A stretch of DNA of 60,052 nucleotides, the filler included. It is 7 parts of 7 records of this genome, joined end to end, with 100 filler letters (N's around TTAATTAATTAA, not from the genome) between each part and the next. Parts side by side here need not be neighbours in the genome. Positions count along the whole stretch, not along the records: positions 24,701 to 32,072 come from SRR31147125_22976; positions 32,173 to 37,230 come from SRR31147125_22985; positions 37,331 to 46,220 come from SRR31147125_22990; 4 more parts are not named here. One strand, written 5' to 3'. The translations under genes were made by a program, and so were the position numbers. The notes beneath the pieces were generated by a model. It worked only from the letters and a program-made list of their open reading frames with translations, ran no database searches and had not been told where the DNA came from. Within the stretch, counting starts at the first letter, position 1. Every line of letters begins with the position of its first letter. Of the stretch, positions 29,074-37,545 are shown piece after piece.

Positions 29074-30339
29074 TTACTCGTTTACATAGTCTCTGCCGTT
29101 TAGATTTTTTGTTTCCCATTTCCTGCTGGTGGAAAAGACTTTAACGGAGAGTGAAGGCATTCTCGTCATGAATTCACCATTTTCCACTTTTACTTTTTCA
29201 TCTCCATAGAGTTGAACCAACTCGTGACCGTTCAGCGGCTCCAATCCTTTTACTTCAACTCCCATATGACGTTCCGTATCTTCATTAACCAGAATAACAA
29301 TCCACTCTCTACCAAATCGGCGGGCAGAAACCTTGACACCAAAGAAATCCTGATTCATGTCGGTTTCAATGAGATTCGTACATACCTGTTCTTCATCAGC
29401 AACCACAAGAAATGGCTGTAAAGCAGATAATTCGCTTGTGAGAGCATACAGAGATTGTCTAAAATCATCTGATTTTAAATAATGCGATCCCCAGTACATG
29501 ATCCCTTTTGCCTTGTGTACAATAACATCATAGGCCATAAAACGTGACTGATCAAATGACGGGTAAAAGGATTTTCGATTCTCAGGATTGCTCAGCTCCT
29601 CCCAGGCAAACGCCTGCAAAACCATGTACACAGGTTTACCCTGTCCTATTTGATTCCATAGTTCCGTCGTACCACCCATACGGTTAATATCTTCGGGCAA
29701 GGATGAAAACCGCACCGGGTAATCATCGCAGCCGACAATATCGATGGCATCCTTATACTGACGGACGTAAACAGGATCACTAAACCTGGCCTCATTTATC
29801 CAGAATTGTCTATCCTGGTTATCCATACTTCTGACAAGTTTGACACCTTCCAGAATATTGGGAATAATCGTGCTTGCCTGTTCTTCTGAATATTTTATGG
29901 CATTTGGCCGCTGGTTCCACCAATCGGATCTTTTAACGCCAACTTTTTTCTCCAATCCACTATAAGCGGTAAAATTCCATATGATTTCGTCCGGTCCCTC
30001 CCAAAGCGCCAGTGCCGGATGATCTTTGACAGCTTCAATTTTTTCCCGCAATTGCGGTGTCGCACCCAGGTGAACGGGAAGCGGCATCCATCCAAATAAT
30101 TTCGCAGCGTGTACCCGATCCAGATCTTTTTTCGACCCGGTTCGAACAATATTGATCCCGGCTTTGGCCATTCTTTCAAGCTCGGCATTTTCCTTTGGTA
30201 ATTCATACATGCCAATGGGAAACAGTCTTTTCCCATCCTTATGCAAATAACCATCCCCCTGACCGAATGAGGAAATCGTAAAAGAAAGCAACAGGATTAG
30301 TACAAAAACAATTGTTAGTGCTAAAGTGTGACGTTTCAT
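29074..30339 (-). CDS. Secreted hypothetical protein, probably glycoside-hydrolase-like TIM barrel
   Basis: Signal peptide, FPIGMY, HPALALW..DE, DDYP, KPVYMVLQAF. Confidence 0.55.
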   Translation of the reverse strand: MKRHTLALTIVFVLILLLSFTISSFGQGDGYLHKDGKRLFPIGMYELPKENAELERMAKAGINIVRTGSKKDLDRVHAAKLFGWMPLPVHLGATPQLREKIEAVKDHPALALWEGPDEIIWNFTAYSGLEKKVGVKRSDWWNQRPNAIKYSEEQASTIIPNILEGVKLVRSMDNQDRQFWINEARFSDPVYVRQYKDAIDIVGCDDYPVRFSSLPEDINRMGGTTELWNQIGQGKPVYMVLQAFAWEELSNPENRKSFYPSFDQSRFMAYDVIVHKAKGIMYWGSHYLKSDDFRQSLYALTSELSALQPFLVVADEEQVCTNLIETDMNQDFFGVKVSARRFGREWIVILVNEDTERHMGVEVKGLEPLNGHELVQLYGDEKVKVENGEFMTRMPSLSVKVFSTSRKWETKNLNGRDYVNE

Positions 30340-30407
30340 CCTGAACTCCTGACATTTTTTATGTTGAATGGATTCTCGTTAGAATTATAATATACTATTT
30401 TACAACC

Positions 30408-30435
30408 TTCGTCCCAAACTGAAGTTTGGGACGAA
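30408..30435. repeat. REP-like hairpin
   Basis: TTCGTCCCAAAC-TGAA-GTTTGGGACGAA, perfect 12-bp stem. Confidence 0.7.
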
Positions 30436-30527
30436 ACTGGCACTAAAAGCTATGCTTTAATTTTTTCGCTCAAGCAGTGGGCCTTGACTTAAAAAAGTAA
30501 CATAGGCACCTCGTTCCCGGTGTTCAA

Positions 30528-32072
30528 TTACTCATTCGAAACAACCTGTGTTGCTTTCTTGAGGCCATAACTGTTAATCTCAACAATACGACGCAACTCT
30601 GGTCCTTCCCGGGATGGTATAGCCAAAAGAAATCGTGCCGGAACAGTTCCCTCACATTCATAGGTGAACCGATAAGAACCATTTTTGCCATTTTCGGGTG
30701 CCAGCTGGAATGAAAACGTCCCCCACGATGTGTGCAGGTCAGTAACGCCGAGCGGCTGCCCGGAATCAAACCAGGCGTCAGGCGCACCATAAAGAAGACA
30801 CAGCGAGTCGTTCTGCTCCATCACCAGCGAATTGAGAATCATCTCCAGAACACGCCCGTTACCACTGGCATTGGGTTGCCAGGGCAGCAGCCAGGGGAGC
30901 TGTGGGCAGTAGCGTTCGTGGGTCACGTGCACATCTCGCGACGTAGCGTACGCAAGTGTCATATAAAAGTATCTCAATGCCTTGATGCGTTCACCGCGAT
31001 GGAGCCAGATACGGTGCCAGCCCCGCTCACAATTAGTCACATAATACAGATCAATCTTGCCACCAGCCGACTGTTCCTGTCGTTGCTTAAGTGTGGCATC
31101 CTCCATTGTCCTCATTTTAAAAGCAAAAAAATCGTTCATACATCCTGCTCGTCGCAGCGAGCTTTCGATCGTGGAAAACAACGGATCTTCCGGTGCCAGC
31201 ACACCGGCGCTGAGAAGAGATTGTGGACCGGTATAGATCGTTGTCGGCAGAGCCTTGGCTGGATCTTCATACAACTCATCAGGAACCCATTGAAGCGTTG
31301 GATCGAGTGGATGCGCTTTAATGGAGCGAGCGATGGCGTCGAGAATGCACTGGTGATAGTCATCAGCCTCTTCTCGCAGCCATGTTGCCTCGGGCATCTG
31401 TGCCTCTTCATAGGCGCGGGCCAGCCGGTCCAAACCTTGCCAGGTAAAGGCATCGGTAAATAAAAAGTAACCGTAATCGGGCCAGTCCGTGGCTCGTCCA
31501 GGAGGCATCAGACCATAGTGCAGCACCTTATTGCCACTGATATCGAGTTGTTTGGTTCGAGCCCGTTCGCCCTGAATCCAACGGGCAGCTTTGATAAGTG
31601 CAGGCGAGTCGTTGCGCAGTCCTTCAACATCTCTGCTGTACAGCGCATGCTCGGCAAAAATACGAAGAATCGCGCCTGTTTCGCACATCCAGTGGATATG
31701 CGGCCGAAAACTGCCTTCTGCTGTCGAAATATCACCCTCAGGCCCGTGATCGCCTTGCTGGGTCGTCAAATAATAATCCAGCACACGACGTGTTTCATTG
31801 GAAAATCCTTGCTTGTCCATCACCGTCAGATAATGGGAGGACTCCCATCCATAAACCACAGAAAAGTTATTGTATCCGCCCTGTCCTGGACGCACATAGT
31901 CAACACCAGGCGCGCTGCCAAGGAACTGAAGATTGCCTAATGTCAATGTGCAATAGGTTTGATCGACAATGGCCTCAGGCACATGGATTTTGGTCGCACG
32001 CTCCAGATACTGCTTCCATTGCCGGCTTTGTTTGACAAATTCCTCGTCAAATGAAACGGAACCCAGTTTTTT
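30528..32072 (-). CDS. Hypothetical (alpha/alpha)6 glycosidase-like protein, C-terminal part (5' end lost at the contig break)
   Basis: Long ORF approaching the linker; GLMPPG..DW and GAPDAW..GVTDLHTSWG patterns typical of six-hairpin hydrolases. Confidence 0.55.
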   Translation of the reverse strand, partial: KKLGSVSFDEEFVKQSRQWKQYLERATKIHVPEAIVDQTYCTLTLGNLQFLGSAPGVDYVRPGQGGYNNFSVVYGWESSHYLTVMDKQGFSNETRRVLDYYLTTQQGDHGPEGDISTAEGSFRPHIHWMCETGAILRIFAEHALYSRDVEGLRNDSPALIKAARWIQGERARTKQLDISGNKVLHYGLMPPGRATDWPDYGYFLFTDAFTWQGLDRLARAYEEAQMPEATWLREEADDYHQCILDAIARSIKAHPLDPTLQWVPDELYEDPAKALPTTIYTGPQSLLSAGVLAPEDPLFSTIESSLRRAGCMNDFFAFKMRTMEDATLKQRQEQSAGGKIDLYYVTNCERGWHRIWLHRGERIKALRYFYMTLAYATSRDVHVTHERYCPQLPWLLPWQPNASGNGRVLEMILNSLVMEQNDSLCLLYGAPDAWFDSGQPLGVTDLHTSWGTFSFQLAPENGKNGSYRFTYECEGTVPARFLLAIPSREGPELRRIVEINSYGLKKATQVVSNE

Positions 32073-32172
32073 NNNNNNNNNNNNNNNNNNNNNNNNNNNN
32101 NNNNNNNNNNNNNNNNTTAATTAATTAANNNNNNNNNNNNNNNNNNNNNNNNNNNNNNNNNNNNNNNNNNNN
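32073..32172. other. Artificial contig linker
   Basis: N-run + TTAATTAATTAA + N-run. Confidence 0.99.
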
Positions 32173-32185
32173 GGGTAATTTATTC

Positions 32186-33073
32186 ATGGTTGAGAAATTA
32201 ATGGAATTGGAAAAGGGGCGAAGGAGAAAAGCAAAAAAGCTGAATGTATACGATGAAAAGAAAAAATTACTTTTAAAGGCTTTTTGGTTATCTCAAAAAG
32301 TGGTTGACCTAAAAAAAGGACGTCAACAATTACTTTGTCAATTCGTAAAAGAAGAACAAAAAATTCCATTTTTAATAGATTTAGCTTTTACAAGCCCATT
32401 TGCGCCCTATGAGTTGAAATTTAAACAAGAGGATTTCCGACAGGCCTTATTATATATATGTACACTTTTGGATCAAAATTATGAAGTAGTTGATGATATT
32501 TTAAAAAATCAAAAAGATGCCTTAAAATCACAAAGAAAAATAGACTGGTGGAAGGTAGCATTATTTGGTGTTGGTGGGACTTTATTATTTGGTTATGGTG
32601 GTTGGCTAATTGCTCCTGCCATTGGAACAGCCCTTGGAACAGCAGCAGGATACACAGGTGCAGCTGCGACAGCACATGGATTGGCTTTATTAGGAGGAGG
32701 TACATTAGCATCCGGAGGCGCTGGTATGGCCGGAGGGATGTGGTTCGTAACAAGCGCTGGAGCGATTGCTGGTTTGGGAATATCAGGAGGCAGTCCGTTT
32801 CTATTACAATTAGGCGCCGCACAAGCAAAAGTTGAGATTTTAAAATTACAAGTTACCTATAAGACTGTCTTTGTTACAAATCAAATTCATTACAATTGGG
32901 CCAATGAATCGATTGAGAAATTGGTTAATATGAAAAAGGAAATAATGGAGGAGTTAATAAGAGAAAAGAAATTTAATGAGGGAAGTTCGAACCGGATAAA
33001 AGAAATTAAAGACACGATTGATGCACTTAATAATGCTATAAATTGGATGAGAAAAAATAAAGTAAAAGTCTGA
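32186..33073 (+). CDS. Hypothetical membrane protein with a long Gly/Ala-rich hydrophobic segment (5' end possibly missing)
   Basis: APAIGTALG..GAAATAHGLALLGGGTLASGGAGMAGG flanked by charged helices. Confidence 0.75.
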   Translation: MVEKLMELEKGRRRKAKKLNVYDEKKKLLLKAFWLSQKVVDLKKGRQQLLCQFVKEEQKIPFLIDLAFTSPFAPYELKFKQEDFRQALLYICTLLDQNYEVVDDILKNQKDALKSQRKIDWWKVALFGVGGTLLFGYGGWLIAPAIGTALGTAAGYTGAAATAHGLALLGGGTLASGGAGMAGGMWFVTSAGAIAGLGISGGSPFLLQLGAAQAKVEILKLQVTYKTVFVTNQIHYNWANESIEKLVNMKKEIMEELIREKKFNEGSSNRIKEIKDTIDALNNAINWMRKNKVKV

Positions 33074-33082
33074 TATAATATC

Positions 33083-33499
33083 TTAGTAGAGGATTTCTTC
33101 TCCTGATACCAAATCTTCAAAGAGTTCATTTATTTGTTGTTTTTTTTGGGCATCCTTTAGAGTAATAAGGAATTCATGGTATAAGAGTCTAGCTTTTTCT
33201 ATACGTTCACTTTCTTCTTTTTCTGTGAACTTTGATTTTTTTTTAAATTTCTGAAGGATGCCTGACAACATTTTCTGCATCGCATATCCAGTTGTCAGGG
33301 AATTTTTTCCTTTAGTGTCAAAAGGTATGTCAACCAATAAACCAACGGACATGATTTTAGAAAGTACACCAGCACCCAGTTTGTTATTTATGCCTTGCAA
33401 CCAGTTTACAGAGAGATTATCTTGATTTTTCATTTCTTTTGTTACTTCATTTAGAAAAATCTCAAAGTCAGAGTAAAAACCTGAAGGACGCTTATTCAT
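33083..33499 (-). CDS. Hypothetical protein translationally coupled to the sigma54 activator
   Basis: ATG at 33499 overlaps the activator stop (ATGAATAA). Confidence 0.7.
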   Translation of the reverse strand: MNKRPSGFYSDFEIFLNEVTKEMKNQDNLSVNWLQGINNKLGAGVLSKIMSVGLLVDIPFDTKGKNSLTTGYAMQKMLSGILQKFKKKSKFTEKEESERIEKARLLYHEFLITLKDAQKKQQINELFEDLVSGEEILY

Positions 33500-34820
33500 T
33501 ATTTTTACCTCTTCTTCGCAATAAAGTGGATGGGTTAACACCTAATATCCTAGCTGTTTGGGTCATGTTGTTATTTGTGAGTTGAGAGATTTTTTCAAAA
33601 TACCAATCTTTCAGTTGAGCTTCAGACCATTGTCCATTTAATAAATCTTGGGGAATTAAATTTTCATCGTTCTTGCTTCTTTTACTTTTTTTCGTCCATC
33701 GCCCACTCTTACCACCAATGTTTATACCTAATATTACACCTCTAATAAAAGACTGCAGTTCTCTTACATTGCCTGGCCAATGATAACCTTCTTTATTTCT
33801 CTCACGCAAATACTGAAAAACTTCTTCGGAAGTGTTATAATCACTTTCTTTTACCATGCATTGTCGTATAATTGTATTAGCAATCTCTTCTATGTCTTTT
33901 TCTGAGCGATCCCGAAGAGGGGGCAGGTGAATAATCGTTCCAGCCAATCGTTCATATAAATCACTTCGAAAGTTATTATGCTGAATTTCTTTGTTCGTTG
34001 CTGATATGTAACGGACATCAGCATCTTCTTCTTTATCAGATCCCACTTTTCTTAACTTTTTAGTTTCAATAACTCTTAAAAGTTTTACCTGTGTTCCGGG
34101 ATGTAAATCTCCGACCTCGTCTAAAAAGAAAGTGCCCCCATCGGATGCCTTTATTAAACCACCTCTATCTTTCATTGCGCCTGTAAAAGCGCCTCTTGTA
34201 TGGCCAAATAATTCGCTATCGATAAGATCCTCATTAAAAGCGGCTACGTTGACACTAGCAGTTGGGGCTTTACGATGTCCGATGTGCCAAAAAGCTGCTT
34301 CCTGGATTGCTTTGGCGAATAGTTCCTTACCGGTACCAGTCTCTCCAAGAATTAAAACATTGAGATCCTTAATAGCTTGTTTAAAATCGAGTGAGCTGAT
34401 TAACTCTTTTCCAAAACAAGCATGCCAGGTCTGTTTTTTAACTTCGATGATGGCTGGTGAAAATCCTTTAATTTCATCTTTCAGTACATGCCAGGCACGA
34501 CCAGCTGCGGATACTATTTTTTTACAGTGTTCGAATTTGTCTTTGTCGATGGCATCTACAGCTTTTAATGGAATAGGTCCATCAACGTAAACCTCTTTTT
34601 TATTGATTGCCTGAAAATGACCGATAGCGAGAGTAAATCTTTCCAGAGCCATCGGATCAATGGTGAATGCATCTCCCTCTAACAGAAAATCATAAATCAG
34701 GTTGCTTTTTTCAGCATCGAATTCCCTAATAAATTTTAGAGTTTTCCGTGAAAGTGGTGTTCGATTCGGATATCCTGAATAGGCTTCGATGACTTCTTTT
34801 ATAATTTGTTTGGTTTCCAT
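33492..34820 (-). CDS. Sigma54-dependent enhancer-binding protein (AAA+ and Fis HTH) with an unrecognised N-terminal domain
   Basis: GETGTGKE, ELFGHTRGAFTGA, FFLDEVGD, FRSDLYERL, WPGNVREL, C-terminal HTH. Confidence 0.92.
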   Translation of the reverse strand: METKQIIKEVIEAYSGYPNRTPLSRKTLKFIREFDAEKSNLIYDFLLEGDAFTIDPMALERFTLAIGHFQAINKKEVYVDGPIPLKAVDAIDKDKFEHCKKIVSAAGRAWHVLKDEIKGFSPAIIEVKKQTWHACFGKELISSLDFKQAIKDLNVLILGETGTGKELFAKAIQEAAFWHIGHRKAPTASVNVAAFNEDLIDSELFGHTRGAFTGAMKDRGGLIKASDGGTFFLDEVGDLHPGTQVKLLRVIETKKLRKVGSDKEEDADVRYISATNKEIQHNNFRSDLYERLAGTIIHLPPLRDRSEKDIEEIANTIIRQCMVKESDYNTSEEVFQYLRERNKEGYHWPGNVRELQSFIRGVILGINIGGKSGRWTKKSKRSKNDENLIPQDLLNGQWSEAQLKDWYFEKISQLTNNNMTQTARILGVNPSTLLRRRGKNNE

Positions 34821-34864
34821 GTTAATAATGTATGTTTATTCAACTTAAAAAGCAAATAAAATAT

Positions 34865-34904
34865 ATAATGCATTATGCAAAAAGCAATTGAGAAATGCAT
34901 TGTG
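34865..34904. promoter_or_regulatory. Candidate upstream activating sequences
   Basis: AATGCATT(A/G)TG at 34867 and 34894; perfect palindrome ATAATGCATTAT at 34865-34876. Confidence 0.4.
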
Positions 34905-34930
34905 TGGTTAATTCTTGACGTATTGTGTCG

Positions 34931-34943
34931 TAAGTACCTGATA
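34931..34943. promoter_or_regulatory. IHF-like site
   Basis: Reverse strand TATCAGGTACTTA fits WATCARNNNNTTR, located between the candidate UAS and the promoter. Confidence 0.5.
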
Positions 34944-34972
34944 ATATATTAAATAGAGAGTTCCAAGGTTTG

Positions 34973-34988
34973 TGGCACTTCAGTTGCA
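34973..34988 (+). promoter_or_regulatory. Sigma54 -24/-12 promoter
   Basis: TGGCACTTCAGTTGCA, near-consensus TGGCAC-N5-TTGCA, divergent from the activator gene. Confidence 0.85.
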
Positions 34989-35062
34989 TAAGTAACAGTC
35001 AATTACCGATTTCTATAAGGAAATCAAAAATTATTAAAATTAATCCGAAAGGATAAGTTAAA

Positions 35063-35383
35063 ATGAAAAACAAATTAGAAATCAAAGCCATGCAATTCAC
35101 TACATCTGAGATCAAGTTGATGAATCAAATCTGGCGTCAGGAGTATCCTGACTGTGCTTCGTTAGAAGAAGTTGCTCGTCGGTTGGCACTTAAAGGTATC
35201 AAGAAGACAATGCGCTTACAAAGGACCTTTAATGTCTATAAGATGCTGAGACGCTCCGGACTTTCTACGGAAGAAATCGTGCAAAAGCTGCAGAACAAAG
35301 ACTTAGACTGGGAATCAGCGAAAAAGTTTGCTGAGACACAGGTTAAAGATGAAGCCAAACCCAAAGGTAAAGGTAAAGAATAA
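35063..35383 (+). CDS. Small basic hypothetical protein, possibly DNA-binding
   Basis: 106-aa ORF with an AAGGA ribosome-binding site; first gene after the sigma54 promoter. Confidence 0.7.
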   Translation: MKNKLEIKAMQFTTSEIKLMNQIWRQEYPDCASLEEVARRLALKGIKKTMRLQRTFNVYKMLRRSGLSTEEIVQKLQNKDLDWESAKKFAETQVKDEAKPKGKGKE

Positions 35384-35407
35384 CCAAAGAACGCAAACCT
35401 GAAAACC

Positions 35408-35429
35408 GGGGCTGTCTTCGGGCAGCCTC
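35408..35429 (+). other. Stable UUCG-capped hairpin between orf106 and DUF2695
   Basis: GGGGCTGTC-TTCG-GGCAGCCTC. Confidence 0.65.
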
Positions 35430-35447
35430 AGATAGGAAGAATTTATT

Positions 35448-35761
35448 ATGAAAAATTCCAAAAGTAAACAAATATTAACAAAAGATGATGACCTTTTTGA
35501 TGAATTTATTGGATTATTATATGGGCCAGAAGGTATTGATTTTCAAAAAAGCCATCCGGATCGTTTACATGGAAGTGTAATCGTGATTTCACATTTACGA
35601 TAAATATTCTTGAAAAACATTTTTCTCAAATCGATATTGAGGGAACTTTAGAATATTTTGGAGAAAATGGTGGACATTGTGATTGTGAAATCATTTTAAA
35701 TGTGTCAAAGATTGTTAAATCTATGATCTTTTTAGGCCTCGGAAAGGAGGAAATGAATTGA
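35448..35761 (+). CDS. DUF2695-like protein (frameshift at the A-run near 35547); absent from the ORF track
   Basis: MKNSKSKQIL..GPEGIDFQ, then in the shifted frame FTWKCNRDF..ENGGHCDCEIILNV..*; its stop overlaps the xis TTG. Confidence 0.7.
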
Positions 35762-35949
35762 CAGAAAAAAGATTGTTAACGATCCCTGAAACAGCTGTTT
35801 ACCTTGGGCTCACCGAAGCGGCTTTATACCAGTTGGTTCACCGAAAAAGAATTCCGGTGGTTCGGCTCGGCAGGGCTCTCAGGTTTGATGTCCATAGCCT
35901 GGATGATTGGATCGATATGCAGTTGGATGATAAAGTTATCTTGAATTAA
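35758..35949 (+). CDS. Excisionase-family helix-turn-helix protein
   Basis: LLTIPETAVYLGL..LYQLV..IPVVRLGRALRF..LDDWI; directly upstream of the integrase. Confidence 0.88.
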   Translation: MTEKRLLTIPETAVYLGLTEAALYQLVHRKRIPVVRLGRALRFDVHSLDDWIDMQLDDKVILN

Positions 35950-35958
35950 GAAAATAAT

Positions 35959-35983
35959 ACCCCTGTACAAGCAGGGGTTTTTT
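35959..35983 (+). terminator. Intrinsic terminator between xis and int
   Basis: ACCCCTG-tacaag-CAGGGGT followed by a T-tract. Confidence 0.7.
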
Positions 35984-36036
35984 AATATAAGGTATAAGAA
36001 CATAAAGAGAAAATTTTATAAAGATGGAGTGGAAAA

Positions 36037-37188
36037 ATGTCACTTGTAAAATCACATGATTATAAAAATGGTAAAAAAGCTTGGAAACTTGATTGTAGGA
36101 TTGAGGGAGTAAGGCTTCGAAAATTCTTTAGTAATATGAGCAAAAAGCAAGCAGAAATTGAGGCGAGAAAGGCAATTATGGAATTTAAAGAAAAAAAGAA
36201 CAAATCTAAAGGTATCGGTATGACCTTAGACGAATTGAGTCAGATATTTTTGGAGCATGTAAAGTCTTACAAACGTTCATGGAAGAGAGATGATCTTTCT
36301 ATACGAATCTTTACCTCAACGAAAGTAAATGGTAAAAGATTTGGTAGTTATCTTTTGGAGCATATCGATATACAACTAGTTGGGAAATACCGATTGGAAC
36401 GTAAAAAACAGTATGATGAGCGTTATGAAGATCGTGGAATACCAGAGGAGAAGCGAAGGTTTGCCTCCATCAATCGTGAATTAGCGTGCTTAAAATATAT
36501 GTTCACGCTAGCTGTGGATTGGGGATATTCTGAAAAGAATCCGGTCAAATCAAAAACAATTCAATTTTTCAGAGAACAGCCTAGAACCCGGTACCTTCTT
36601 GAAGAGGAAATTCCTTTATTGCTTAATGAAACAGACGGCTCAATTAAGGATATCGTTTTGATAGCATTAAATACAGGGATGCGTACAAGTGAAATTCTTA
36701 CGCTTTGTTGGAATAATGTAGATATGACGAAGAAAAGAATAACTTTGCAAAAAACTAAAAATGATGATCCTCGTGTAATTCCTATTAATAATGTTGTATA
36801 CAAAGTGTTTTCTGGGAGAAAACGAAATTCAAAATGGATTTTTCTGAATTCAAAAACAGGTAAACATCTGACCACCATACGTAAAGGATTTGGAAATGCG
36901 TTAAAACGTGCAGGTATTAAAGATTTCCATTTTCATGATCTTAGGCATACATTCACAACATATTTGACAATGGCAGGCATAGACGAGATCACACGTGCTG
37001 AGATTTTGGGACACCGAAAGTATACACAAACCAGCCGTTATTCACATTCTACCTGGGAAAAGAAAATTCAAGCTGTTAAAGTAATGGAGAAATATGGTCA
37101 ATTTATGGTCAATGTGGGGCAACAGCAAGAGAGTGGAGGTGTCGATAACAATAATAATATTATACCGTTATCTGCTGCCGAATCATAG
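36037..37188 (+). CDS. Tyrosine recombinase / phage-type integrase
   Basis: TGMRTSE (R), KTKN (K), FHDLRHT (HxxR), LGH, RY; N-terminal arm-binding-like region. Confidence 0.93.
   Translation: MSLVKSHDYKNGKKAWKLDCRIEGVRLRKFFSNMSKKQAEIEARKAIMEFKEKKNKSKGIGMTLDELSQIFLEHVKSYKRSWKRDDLSIRIFTSTKVNGKRFGSYLLEHIDIQLVGKYRLERKKQYDERYEDRGIPEEKRRFASINRELACLKYMFTLAVDWGYSEKNPVKSKTIQFFREQPRTRYLLEEEIPLLLNETDGSIKDIVLIALNTGMRTSEILTLCWNNVDMTKKRITLQKTKNDDPRVIPINNVVYKVFSGRKRNSKWIFLNSKTGKHLTTIRKGFGNALKRAGIKDFHFHDLRHTFTTYLTMAGIDEITRAEILGHRKYTQTSRYSHSTWEKKIQAVKVMEKYGQFMVNVGQQQESGGVDNNNNIIPLSAAES
37093..37113. repeat. Tandem arm-type integrase binding sites
   Basis: TATGGTCAAT at 37093 and 37104, about 90 bp from the att core. 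Confidence 0.6.
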
Positions 37189-37200
37189 TAGATCATATAT

Positions 37201-37230
37201 CTGAAAATCCGTGTGTCCCCAGTTCGATTC
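37201..37230 (+). mobile_element. att site: duplicated 3' half of tRNA-Phe(GAA)
   Basis: CTGAAAATCC-GTGTGTC-CCCAGTTCGATTC spans the anticodon loop to the T-loop; no 5' tRNA half upstream; adjacent to int; the contig breaks inside it. Confidence 0.8.
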
Positions 37231-37330
37231 NNNNNNNNNNNNNNNNNNNNNNNNNNNNNNNNNNNNNNNNNNNNTTAATTAATTAANNNNNNNNNNNNNN
37301 NNNNNNNNNNNNNNNNNNNNNNNNNNNNNN
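37231..37330. other. Artificial contig linker
   Basis: N-run + TTAATTAATTAA + N-run. Confidence 0.99.
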
Positions 37331-37360
37331 AATAATATTATTACTCAACAAGCCCATTAA
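37331..37360 (-). mobile_element. Probable IS terminus at the left contig end
   Basis: Reverse complement TTAATGGGCTTGTTGAGTAATAATATTATT matches 46189..46218 at 26/30. Confidence 0.55.
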
Positions 37361-37545
37361 TCAATAGCAAGTAAAATGTTTTGCAATTAATGAGCAAAAG
37401 AAAAATTATGCGCATAGAAATTTTATCATGTAAATTAGCAATTGACTTTATATGTTTATTTGTGCAATAATATTTTTAGGTTAAGTTATATGGATGCTCA
37501 TTTTGATATCTGCATCTTATCAAACTTAAAGCAATTAATAAACAT

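Noticed and set aside
1472-34988. The contig D sigma54 activator controlling the sigma54 promoters of contig A
   Set aside because: They lie on different contigs, probably from different organisms; there is no linkage evidence.
35540-35555. Programmed -1 frameshift at CAAAAAAG in DUF2695
   Set aside because: The zero-frame codons are CAA AAA AGC, not the canonical A AAA AAG phasing; a homopolymer error is the simpler explanation.
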